A program made the translations under genes and the position numbers. 39,640 nucleotides of DNA from Gemmatimonadota bacterium (GTDB taxonomy: Bacteria > Gemmatimonadota > Gemmatimonadetes > Gemmatimonadales > GWC2-71-9): assembly GCA_039591655.1 (NCBI GenBank), contig JBDHDE010000022.1, positions 1 through 39,640 of the forward strand, read 5' to 3'. Positions within the stretch are counted from its first letter, which is position 1; each line of letters starts with the position of its first letter. The notes under the pieces are model-generated. The model was not told the DNA's origin, made no database searches, and saw only the letters and a program-made list of their open reading frames with translations. Below, in pieces: positions 1 through 7,876 of the stretch.

Positions 1-602
1 GCGCGACGCAGACCGGCGCCGAGCGGAATTCATACGCACCTCCGTGCACCAGCTCCGAGCACCTGTTTCCGGCATGCAGAGCTTTCTACGGCTCATCACA
101 CGCCAGATCGTGGGCGACCTCTCACCTAAGCAACGGGAAACGCTAGATCGTGTCGACAGGAAATGCGGCCTGCTCCTCGCAACCGTGAATGATCTCCTCG
201 ACATGGCCGCTATTTCGGAGAACCGCCTGGACCGACCCGCCGAGTCCGTTGACGTGGGCGCCGTTGCGGGCCGGTCCGTAGAGCAGTTCAGTCACCTCGC
301 AGAGAAGAAGCGCATCGACCTCCACCTCGAGTGTCACCCGGCGCTGCCGCGTGTCGTTGCGGCGCCGAGGGATGTGGAATACGCCCTATCGAACCTCCTC
401 AGTAACGCCATCCACTACACGAACCAGGGCTCAGTCACCCTGACAGTCGGCCCGGGCGACCAGTCGGTAGTGCTCACCGTCTGTGACACCGGTATCGGCA
501 TCCCGGAGGACGACCTACCGCACTGTTTTCGCGAGCCGGCTCGAGACCTCGCTCGGCTCGGGCACCACCGTCACCCTATCGCTACCGACAAGGCACCCAT
601 GA
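1..602 (+). pseudogene. Sensor histidine kinase, C-terminal part (HisKA + HATPase_c); 5' end outside window; apparent internal deletion and frameshift near 535-537
   Basis: The frame is open from position 2. It shows the H-box EFIRTSVHQLRAP, N-box ALSNLLSNAIHYT, G1 box DTGIGIP and F-box LPHCFRE. The G2 box (GxGLGL) is absent. A normal kinase end, RLETSLGSGTTVTLSLPTRHP*, lies in another frame (537-602). Confidence 0.75.
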
Positions 603-1009
603 CCGCGGCACGCATACTCGTGATCGATGACGATCCGGATTTCCTGGAAATCACGACGACGATCCTCGAAAGCAAGCAATACGACGTGCGTTGCGCCACG
701 AATCTGGACGAAGGCCTAGCCCGACTGGAAGAGGGCATACCGGACCTGATCATACTCGACATCATGATGCGCAAGGGCGCCGAGGGAATCGTAATGTCGA
801 GGCGCCTCAGGAAGGATCCACGTTACGCACCTATCCCCATACTCATGTTGACGTCGATGCCCGAGCAGACGGGCTTCGATTTCCCGGGTGAACCCAAACA
901 CCCGACATATCTGCCTGTTGACGACTACGCGGAGAAGCCTATCGAGCCACAAGATCTTCTCGAGAAGGTTGAACGGTTACTCGCCCAAGCGAGCAGCAAT
1001 TCGACGTGA
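599..1009 (+). CDS. Single-domain response regulator (receiver)
   Basis: MTAARILVIDDD...PDLIILDIMM...ILMLTS...EKP: acidic pocket, phospho-Asp, Thr and Lys are all present. ATG at 599 overlaps the kinase TGA (ATGA). Confidence 0.9.
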   Translation: MTAARILVIDDDPDFLEITTTILESKQYDVRCATNLDEGLARLEEGIPDLIILDIMMRKGAEGIVMSRRLRKDPRYAPIPILMLTSMPEQTGFDFPGEPKHPTYLPVDDYAEKPIEPQDLLEKVERLLAQASSNST

Positions 1010-1040
1010 TTGTTGTGGGCGCTGAAAGGAGGCGAAGATC

Positions 1041-1997
1041 ATGCCGGTGAAAGTGGCAGAGGAGTGGCTGAACATCTGCGGCGGGTGTGAGGTCACGATT
1101 CTGGATATAGGTGAACCGCTGCTGGATCTGCTGCCGGAACTGAACTTTGTCCACATACCGGTGCTGATGGACCACAAGTACTTCGGTCAGACCGGGGAAA
1201 AGGAGGAACTCGAGATACCCGATGCTGACGTTGGGATCATCTCCGGGGGCATCAGGAACGAGAAGGAGAAGCATGTCGCCGAGGAGATGAGGAAGAGGTG
1301 CAAGACGCTAATTGCCCTGGGTTCCTGCGCCTGCTACGGGGGCATACCCGCGCTGGCCAACATGTTCCCACTCGAGGCCTTATACGACAAGGTGTACCGG
1401 GAATCCAAGACCACGGAACCCGGCGACACGCCTGTGGACAACATACCGCCACTGCTCGACAGAGTGTACGCGGTGGATGAGGTGGTTGACGTGGATATCC
1501 GGATCCCGGGGTGTCCCACCAATCCCAACATCATCGTCCAGGCCCTCACGGCGCTCCTCGAGGGCAAGCCGTTCGAGCTCCCGGAGCGCAGCGTGTGTGA
1601 CGAATGTCCCCTCAAGCGGGAGAAGAAGGCCTCGGGCGGCGACATCAAGCGCACTCTCGATTCCGTGGACTTCAAGCAGGGGGCGCCATGGGATCACACC
1701 CGCTGCTTCATGGAGCAAGGATATCTCTGCCTCGGGCCCGTCACGCTTGCGGGCTGCGGCCACAAGGAAGGCAACGGTGACGGCGTAACCGTACCGCGCT
1801 GCATCAAGGGGTATATGCCCTGCCGGGGGTGCTTTGGCCCCATCCGCGAGGGTGCGAATCCCATGGTCGATATGATGAGTGCCATCTCGTCCATAGGGTT
1901 GGAGGCCAAGCAAGTGGAAGACAGGCGGGCTCTGTTGAACCGGTACGTTGGCAGTCACAACCGACTCAAGCCGCTGCCTCAGCGGCCGAAGAAATAG
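1041..1997 (+). CDS. mvhG: Group 3c [NiFe]-hydrogenase small subunit (MvhG/VhuG-like)
   Basis: WLNICGGCE, LIALGSCACYGGIP, IPGCP, SVCDEC, CFMEQGYLCLGPVTLAGC and PCRGCFGP motifs. No Tat signal. RBS AAGGAGG upstream. Confidence 0.88.
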   Translation: MPVKVAEEWLNICGGCEVTILDIGEPLLDLLPELNFVHIPVLMDHKYFGQTGEKEELEIPDADVGIISGGIRNEKEKHVAEEMRKRCKTLIALGSCACYGGIPALANMFPLEALYDKVYRESKTTEPGDTPVDNIPPLLDRVYAVDEVVDVDIRIPGCPTNPNIIVQALTALLEGKPFELPERSVCDECPLKREKKASGGDIKRTLDSVDFKQGAPWDHTRCFMEQGYLCLGPVTLAGCGHKEGNGDGVTVPRCIKGYMPCRGCFGPIREGANPMVDMMSAISSIGLEAKQVEDRRALLNRYVGSHNRLKPLPQRPKK

Positions 1998-2009
1998 GGG
2001 GCCTGACCT

Positions 2010-3449
2010 ATGACGAGGATCACACTGGCTCCGGTAACCCGGATAGAGGGCCATGCCAAGGTCACCATTGACCTCGACGATGCCGGAAATGTGGCCGACA
2101 CATTCGTCAACGTCGTCGAGCTCCGCGGCTTCGAGAAGTTCTGCATCGGACGGCCCGTAGAGGAGCTACCGCGGATTGTCACGAGTATCTGCGGGGTGTG
2201 CCCGTGGTCGCATCACCTCGCCTCCGCTAAGGCCAACGACGCCGTCTTTGGCGTCACCCCGCCCAGCGCAGGGACGAAGCTCCGTGAGCTTTGCAACGCC
2301 GTAGCGTACACGGAGGAGCACATCCTCCACTTCTTCTTCCTCGCAGGCGCCGACTACGTAATGGGTCCCGACAGCGATTACTCGGTGAGGAACGTCATCG
2401 GCATCGCCCAGGCACACCCCGACATCGGTAAGGCTGTCGTGCGCAACCGGCACCTCGGCGCTCAGATGCTCAACATCATCTCAGGGAAGTGCATCCACCC
2501 CGTCACGGCCGTCCCCGGTGGCTTCAGCAAACCCCTGACCGAGGCGGAACGGGAGCAGCTGGTGCCCATGGCAAACGAGGTGTTGGAGTTCGCCAAGTTC
2601 GCCATCGGGTTCGCGAAGGAAAACGTGTTCCCCAAGTACCTCGACACCGTGAAGACCGTTGGCGTTATCACCACGGGATTCCTGGGGACCGTAGCCGACG
2701 ACGGAATGCTCGATCTGTACGATGGCAGACTGCGATTGATGAAGGCCGATGGCACGTACATCGAGTTCCCGTACGACAAGTACACGGAGCACATCGGCGA
2801 GCACATCGAGCCGTGGACCTATCTCAAGTTCCCCTACGCGAAGGAGTGGGGCGACTTCTCGATGGACCTCGACAATCCGTCAGGGATCTATCGGACGAAC
2901 ACGTTGGCGCGGCTAAATGTCTGCGATGGGATCAGCACGCCACTCGCCCAGAAGGAGCTCGAGGAGTACCGGGAGAAGTTCGGCAGGCCGGTACAGCTGA
3001 CCCTACTGTACAACTGGGCGAGACTCATCGAGCTGCTGTACAACGCAGAGAAGGTCATAGAGCTGCTCAACGACCCGGAAATCACGAGCACGGAGACCCG
3101 GGTCCCGGTGACGCCGCGTGCAGCAAGGGGTGTCGGCTGCGTCGAGGCCCCGCGCGGCACATTGATTCACGATTATGAGACAGATGAGAACGGGCTGGTT
3201 GTCGACGTCAACTTGATCGTGGGGACGACCCACAACAACGCGCCGATCAATATGTCGGTCAAACAGGCGGCAAAGACCCTGATCAAGGACGGCAAGTACG
3301 ATCAGGGCATCCTCAACACGGTCGAGATGGCCATTCGCGCCTACGATCCGTGCCTGTCCTGTGCGACTCACGATCTGTCAGACAGGATACCGGTGAAGAT
3401 CGAGCTGCGGAATGCTCAGGGGGAGGTGCTCGACACCATAATCGGCTGA
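2010..3449 (+). CDS. mvhA: Group 3c [NiFe]-hydrogenase large subunit (MvhA-like)
   Basis: TRIEGH, ELRGFEKF, L1 motif SICGVC, EAPRG, L2 motif YDPCLSCATH, followed by a 25-aa C-terminal extension of the kind cleaved during maturation. Confidence 0.92.
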   Translation: MTRITLAPVTRIEGHAKVTIDLDDAGNVADTFVNVVELRGFEKFCIGRPVEELPRIVTSICGVCPWSHHLASAKANDAVFGVTPPSAGTKLRELCNAVAYTEEHILHFFFLAGADYVMGPDSDYSVRNVIGIAQAHPDIGKAVVRNRHLGAQMLNIISGKCIHPVTAVPGGFSKPLTEAEREQLVPMANEVLEFAKFAIGFAKENVFPKYLDTVKTVGVITTGFLGTVADDGMLDLYDGRLRLMKADGTYIEFPYDKYTEHIGEHIEPWTYLKFPYAKEWGDFSMDLDNPSGIYRTNTLARLNVCDGISTPLAQKELEEYREKFGRPVQLTLLYNWARLIELLYNAEKVIELLNDPEITSTETRVPVTPRAARGVGCVEAPRGTLIHDYETDENGLVVDVNLIVGTTHNNAPINMSVKQAAKTLIKDGKYDQGILNTVEMAIRAYDPCLSCATHDLSDRIPVKIELRNAQGEVLDTIIG

Positions 3450-3581
3450 GTGTCTCCGAGAGGCCGGCGCCCGGCTGGGACAGCGGCCGGACGCTGGCAT
3501 CTCGGGGTGGATATCAGTGATGTAGCGCGGGGCGCTACGCCGTCCGGCGACTAGCGCAACACAGGGAGGCCAGCGGGGAGA

Positions 3582-4103
3582 ATGACTCCGGACTGGTATC
3601 AGAAGCGCACCGTCATCCTGGGATGTGGCAACGTCCTGTTCGGCGATGACGGCTTCGGTCCAGCCGTGGCGCAGTGGTGCCTGCAGAACTGCCGGATTCC
3701 CCCAGAGGTGTGTGTGCTGGATGTGGGGACCTCAGTCCGGAACGTCCTGTTCGACATCCTCCTTTCCGAGAGCAAGCCGTCGACAGTCGTCATCGTCGAT
3801 GCAATGGACTGTGGCTTCGAGCCCGGTGAACTGTTCGAGCCGGACATCGATTCCATCCCGCAAGTCAAGACGGACGATTTCTCGATGCACCAACTCCCCA
3901 CGTCCAATCTCCTCAAGGAACTGCGAGGTCTGTGTCGCATAGATGTCGCTGTCCTCGCGTGCCAAGCCTCCGCCATACCGCAGGCGGTGAGCCCGGGGCT
4001 TTCGAGTCCGGTGAAGCGGGCTGTGGAGCGCGCCGCCGAGCACCTGGCACGGGAGCACTTCGGCTGGCGGCAGGCACCGAACGGTGCAGGGGGGGGGAAT
4101 TGA
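3582..4103 (+). CDS. Hydrogenase maturation endopeptidase (HycI/FrhD-like)
   Basis: ILGCGNVLFGDDGFGP, VIVDAMD, FSMHQ and GLSSPV motifs; directly downstream of the large subunit. Confidence 0.9.
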   Translation: MTPDWYQKRTVILGCGNVLFGDDGFGPAVAQWCLQNCRIPPEVCVLDVGTSVRNVLFDILLSESKPSTVVIVDAMDCGFEPGELFEPDIDSIPQVKTDDFSMHQLPTSNLLKELRGLCRIDVAVLACQASAIPQAVSPGLSSPVKRAVERAAEHLAREHFGWRQAPNGAGGGN

Positions 4104-4118
4104 CCGGAGGGGCGTAGC

Positions 4119-4862
4119 CTACTGGCCGGGGGCGCCGCCGCGCCCCGGTCTCCGGATCTGCTCCGCGAAGGCCACGACCTCCGGATCCGGGTCGGCGTCG
4201 AACACCCGCTTAAGGAGGTCGGCGTGGCGCTCGGCAACGCGAATGGCCGCGCACCGCTCGCCCGCCGTGTCGAGCGCACCCATCAGCCCCACTGCGACGC
4301 GCCCGTTGTACGGATCCACATCCCACAGCTGGCGCCACCACTCCACCGCGCGCAGCGTGTTCCCTTGCTCCAGTGCCTCGTGCGCAAGTTGCTCCAAAGA
4401 CGCTGCATACTCGCGTTCCAGCCGGTCCCGCATGGAATCGACCCAGGCAACGAAGTTCGGCGCTCCCGTTAGAAAGAAGCCCCTGAGAAAGGAACCGCAA
4501 TATAGCGACACGGCTCGGCGCAGCTGACCGCCCTCCAGCGCCTGCTCAAAGGTGCACGCATCGCACCACAAGTGATCACGGTCGATCCCGACATCGGTGT
4601 CCCCGCTCGTCACCACCATGTGCTCACCCAGTGCCCGTCGCAGCCCGTGCAACGCCTGTCGCAGTGCGCCTCGCGCGTGCGCCTCATCCTGCTCGGGCCA
4701 CAACAACCCGAGCAAGGTATCCCGTCGATGAAAGCCGCGGGGGTGCGCAACAACAAGGTAGGCGAGCAGCGCAACAAGTTTGGGTTGCACGATGACGGCG
4801 TCCAGCGGGTCGTCACGCGACTTCCGCAGGCTGATCTCGCCTAGGGTCCTGAATTCGAGCAT
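4119..4862 (-). CDS. SARP/AfsR-like transcriptional regulator (winged helix + BTAD), no sensor domain
   Basis: LEFRTLG, ALLAYL, RRDTLLGLLWPE, ARGALRQALHGLRRALG, WCDACTFE, LYCGSFL and DPYNGR motifs. Confidence 0.85.
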   Translation of the reverse strand: MLEFRTLGEISLRKSRDDPLDAVIVQPKLVALLAYLVVAHPRGFHRRDTLLGLLWPEQDEAHARGALRQALHGLRRALGEHMVVTSGDTDVGIDRDHLWCDACTFEQALEGGQLRRAVSLYCGSFLRGFFLTGAPNFVAWVDSMRDRLEREYAASLEQLAHEALEQGNTLRAVEWWRQLWDVDPYNGRVAVGLMGALDTAGERCAAIRVAERHADLLKRVFDADPDPEVVAFAEQIRRPGRGGAPGQ

Positions 4863-4931
4863 CGGTGTTTGTTCCGACTCTCAGCTCCAGGCTGCCCCCG
4901 CCCGCCCACCCCGGCCTGCGAGGCGCCACGC

Positions 4932-4961
4932 TTGAAATAGATAGTTAACGAGGTTTAATTT
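4932..4961 (+). promoter_or_regulatory. Putative sigma70-type promoter of the MarR gene, with a candidate operator in the spacer
   Basis: TTGAAA (4932-4937), 18-nt spacer, TAATTT (4956-4961), in a strongly AT-rich patch. The spacer region holds the imperfect inverted repeat TAGTTAAC-GAG-GTTTAATT. Confidence 0.55.
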
Positions 4962-5058
4962 CAACCACGACAAGTGTTGTCGGATTGTGTGGACGCTCCT
5001 GTGCGCCCCAACCCATCCTCGACCGCCCGAGCGGCGGTACATCCCGTGAGGTAGCGGC

Positions 5059-5670
5059 ATGGCCACCACCAACGCACCGGACGTTGTCCACGACTTCCTG
5101 GGCAGCGCACAGATCTTCACCAACGCCGTGACAGATCTGATGGAAGAGCAGCTGCAGGAGGTCGCCAGCGACCGCCTGACGTTCTCGCAGCTCAAGCTGC
5201 TCAAGATGGTCTCCCTCACCGACAACTACACAGTCAGCGACGTGGCATCCTTCCTGGGCGTGAGCAACGCCGCAGCGAGCCGGGCGGTCGACCGCTTGGT
5301 GAAGCGGGGGCTAGTCGACCGTACAGAGGCAGAGGCCGACCGCCGGGCTGTCAAGTTGTCGCTCACACAAGATGGCCAACGGCTGCTGCAGCGCTACGAT
5401 GCCGCATCCACTCGTGTACTAGGAACCTTGTTCGGTGACCTGTCGCCCGATCAGCTCCACCGGACTGCGAAGGTGCTCGACCAGCTGTCCGTGAGCATCG
5501 TGAGCCGTCGCGCCCAAAAAGGCGAGGTGTGCATGCGGTGCGGTATCCACTTCCGTGACCGCTGCCTGCTCCGGCAATCGAAGGAGCGGAACTGCCACTT
5601 CCATCAGCACAGGGGCGACGAGAACGGGCACTCGGACCACGAACGTAGGCGAGCGAAGCAGGGATCCTAG
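5059..5670 (+). CDS. MarR-family transcriptional regulator with C-terminal Cys-rich tail
   Basis: LTFSQLKLL, TVSDVASFLGVSNAAASRAVDRLVKRGLVDR and DRRAVKLSLTQDG motifs. Tail CMRCGIHFRDRCLLRQSKERNCHFHQH. RBS GAGG. Confidence 0.9.
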   Translation: MATTNAPDVVHDFLGSAQIFTNAVTDLMEEQLQEVASDRLTFSQLKLLKMVSLTDNYTVSDVASFLGVSNAAASRAVDRLVKRGLVDRTEAEADRRAVKLSLTQDGQRLLQRYDAASTRVLGTLFGDLSPDQLHRTAKVLDQLSVSIVSRRAQKGEVCMRCGIHFRDRCLLRQSKERNCHFHQHRGDENGHSDHERRRAKQGS

Positions 5671-5856
5671 CAGCTGGTTCCCGCCGCCTCGGCTGAGGGA
5701 GGTGTGCGGGCGGCTGATGGGCAAGGAGGCGAAGCAGCAAGCCTGACGCTCGCTCGGGCAGGCCACACCCGCTCGCTCACGCCTAGCGCTAGGACTTGCA
5801 CTCTGCAGGACCGTTTCCCGCTTCCCGTTTCCCGGTCGACGTGTAGCTTCCCCGCG

Positions 5857-6744
5857 ATGCCCGACGCTCCCGAGACCCGCTGCGGCGTGATTGCACTCGC
5901 GGGCGCGCCCAACACAGGGAAGTCCACCTTGCTGAACGCGCTGGTCGGTGCCGAGCTGGCAATCACGAGCCCGAAGCCGCAATCCACCCGCCAGCCCGTG
6001 GTCGGCATTCGCACGGAAGGCGGCGTGCAACTGGTCTTCGTAGACCCGCCGGGACTGCTCGAGCCGCGCTACCTCCTGCAGCAGAGCATGGTGCACCAGG
6101 CCATCGAGGCGCTGCGTCGCGCCGACGCCATTCTCCACCTCCACGCGCTGACCAGCGGCCCGGCCCCTCGGCTCGAGTCGTTGGTGCCCGACGAAGCGCT
6201 GCGCGGCCAGCCAGTTGCCACGGTACTGACCGGCGCGGATACCGTACCTCGCGAGTCATGGCCGGCCGTGGAGGCGCCGACGTTTCTCGTGGGTGCGACG
6301 ACGGGGCAGGGACTCGAGGAGCTGCTGTCCTGGTGCCGCGCACAGGCCCCGGCCGCACCGTTCCATTACGATGCAGATGACATCAGCACGCAGCCGTTGC
6401 GCTTCTTCGCCGCCGAGTACGTGCGCGAAGCCGCATTCCAGCACCTCGGAGAGGAGCTCCCGTACGCGCTGGCTGCGGAGGTTGACGAGTTCCGAGAGCA
6501 CTCGGACCCGGTGTATATTCGGGTGACCGTCTACGTCGAGCGGGAGTCGCAGAAGGGGATGGTCATCGGACGCGATGGTCGGACCATCAAGTCACTCGGT
6601 GCGACGGCCCGACAGCGCATCGAATCCTTGCTCGGCCAGCAGGTGTACCTGGACCTATGGGTCAAGGTGCTGCCCAAGTGGCGCCGGTCGCCGGAGCGCC
6701 TGCGCGAGCTGGGCTTCCCCGTACCCGACCAGAGGGAGTCATGA
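5857..6744 (+). CDS. era: GTPase Era
   Basis: [37 protein letters not shown], and KH domain SQKGMVIG...YLDLWVKV. Start moved from 5704 to the in-frame ATG at 5857. Confidence 0.93.
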   Translation: MPDAPETRCGVIALAGAPNTGKSTLLNALVGAELAITSPKPQSTRQPVVGIRTEGGVQLVFVDPPGLLEPRYLLQQSMVHQAIEALRRADAILHLHALTSGPAPRLESLVPDEALRGQPVATVLTGADTVPRESWPAVEAPTFLVGATTGQGLEELLSWCRAQAPAAPFHYDADDISTQPLRFFAAEYVREAAFQHLGEELPYALAAEVDEFREHSDPVYIRVTVYVERESQKGMVIGRDGRTIKSLGATARQRIESLLGQQVYLDLWVKVLPKWRRSPERLRELGFPVPDQRES

Positions 6745-6911
6745 GCCTCTCACCCGATCTTCTGGAGATCCTGGTCTGTCCCAAGTGCAAGGGAGACCTC
6801 GAGTACCGCACTGAGCCGGCAGAAGAGCTCGTCTGCCACCAGTGTCGCCTGATCTACGCCGTCGAGGACGACATCCCTATCATGCTGATCGATGAGGCGA
6901 CGCCGTTCTAG
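6741..6911 (+). CDS. Trm112/YcaR-family protein
   Basis: [20 protein letters not shown]...[26 protein letters not shown] overlap with era. Confidence 0.92.
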   Translation: MSLSPDLLEILVCPKCKGDLEYRTEPAEELVCHQCRLIYAVEDDIPIMLIDEATPF

Positions 6912-7875
6912 CATCGGCGCGCTCTCACTCCTGCTGGCCACATCGCCGGTGTGGGGACAGGAGCCGGCCGCCCCGGAAGCGGGTGGGGCCACCTTCCTGT
7001 TGCTCCCCGTCGGCGCACGCGCCGCGGCACTGGGCCAGGCAGCCATCGCCGACGCCGGAGACAGCGAATCGGCCTTCTGGAATCCCGCAGGGCTTGCACT
7101 GATTCCCCGCCACGAGCTGGCGATCGATTTCGCTTCCACCTTCGCCTCGAACAACACCGCGATCTCGGCGTACTTCCGGACGAACCGCCTCGGGGTGCTA
7201 GGCATCGCAGGGTATCTGGTGGACTTCGGCAGCCAGGAGGTGGTCCCGGGCCCCGGCGCGCCCACAGGCCGCATCTCACTCAAGAACATCGAGCTCCTCG
7301 CCTCGTATGCGACGGAGCTGCCGGGACACTTCGCCCTCGGCTTCAACTACAAGCTGATTCAGTTCCGGCAGGACTGCTCGGGAGACTGCGGAAGCACCAA
7401 TACGGTCGTGGGCACCACGCACGGAGTGGACATCGGCCTGCAGTACGCGGTGGCAGGCAACGACAACCTGCGTCTGGGGCTCGCAGTGCGCCACGTCGGC
7501 TTCAAGCTCCAGTTGGAGAATCGGGATCAGGCTGATCCGCTGCCGACGCGGGTGCAACTCGGCGTGGCATATCGTGTGTTTCTCGCGCCCCCGACCGCGG
7601 ACGCCCCGGAGCGTCTGGACGCCAGGTTCCTGCTCGACGTGCAGGACGCGTGGGGTCAGTACACCAACCCGGATGCCCGTGTCGGCGTAGAGCTGGGGTA
7701 CGCAGAGTACGTCCGGCTGCGGGCCGGGTACGCCTTCCTCCACTCCGAGAGCCGCGGGCCGTCGGTAGGCGTAGGACTGCGGTTCGGGCAGATCTCCTTC
7801 GACATCGCGCGGATCTTCTTCGATTCCTCGAATTTCGACGAACCGTTCTACATCAGCCTCCGGGCCAGGCTCTAG
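6892..7875 (+). CDS. PorV/PorQ (UPF0164)-like outer-membrane beta-barrel protein
   Basis: Signal peptide, then [14 protein letters not shown]...[20 protein letters not shown] and LRAGY; alternating beta-strand pattern. Confidence 0.75.
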   Translation: MRRRRSSIGALSLLLATSPVWGQEPAAPEAGGATFLLLPVGARAAALGQAAIADAGDSESAFWNPAGLALIPRHELAIDFASTFASNNTAISAYFRTNRLGVLGIAGYLVDFGSQEVVPGPGAPTGRISLKNIELLASYATELPGHFALGFNYKLIQFRQDCSGDCGSTNTVVGTTHGVDIGLQYAVAGNDNLRLGLAVRHVGFKLQLENRDQADPLPTRVQLGVAYRVFLAPPTADAPERLDARFLLDVQDAWGQYTNPDARVGVELGYAEYVRLRAGYAFLHSESRGPSVGVGLRFGQISFDIARIFFDSSNFDEPFYISLRARL

Positions 7876-7876
7876 C

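Noticed and set aside
44..1009. Intact 321-aa hybrid kinase-receiver
   Set aside because: The G2 box is missing and the true kinase C-terminus is in another frame; two genes joined by a deletion explain it better.
2010..3449. Selenocysteine ([NiFeSe]) hydrogenase
   Set aside because: The L2 motif is DPCLSC with Cys codons and there is no in-frame TGA.
4089..4097. G9 homopolymer as a phase-variation tract
   Set aside because: It lies in the last codons of the protease gene, so slippage would change only the tail.
5671..5839. Riboswitch or ribozyme in the MarR-era gap (GCCTG/CAGGC stem, repeated CGCTCGCTC, palindrome CCTAGCGCTAGG)
   Set aside because: The stems are short and expected in GC-rich DNA, and no c-di-GMP riboswitch or hammerhead core could be matched.
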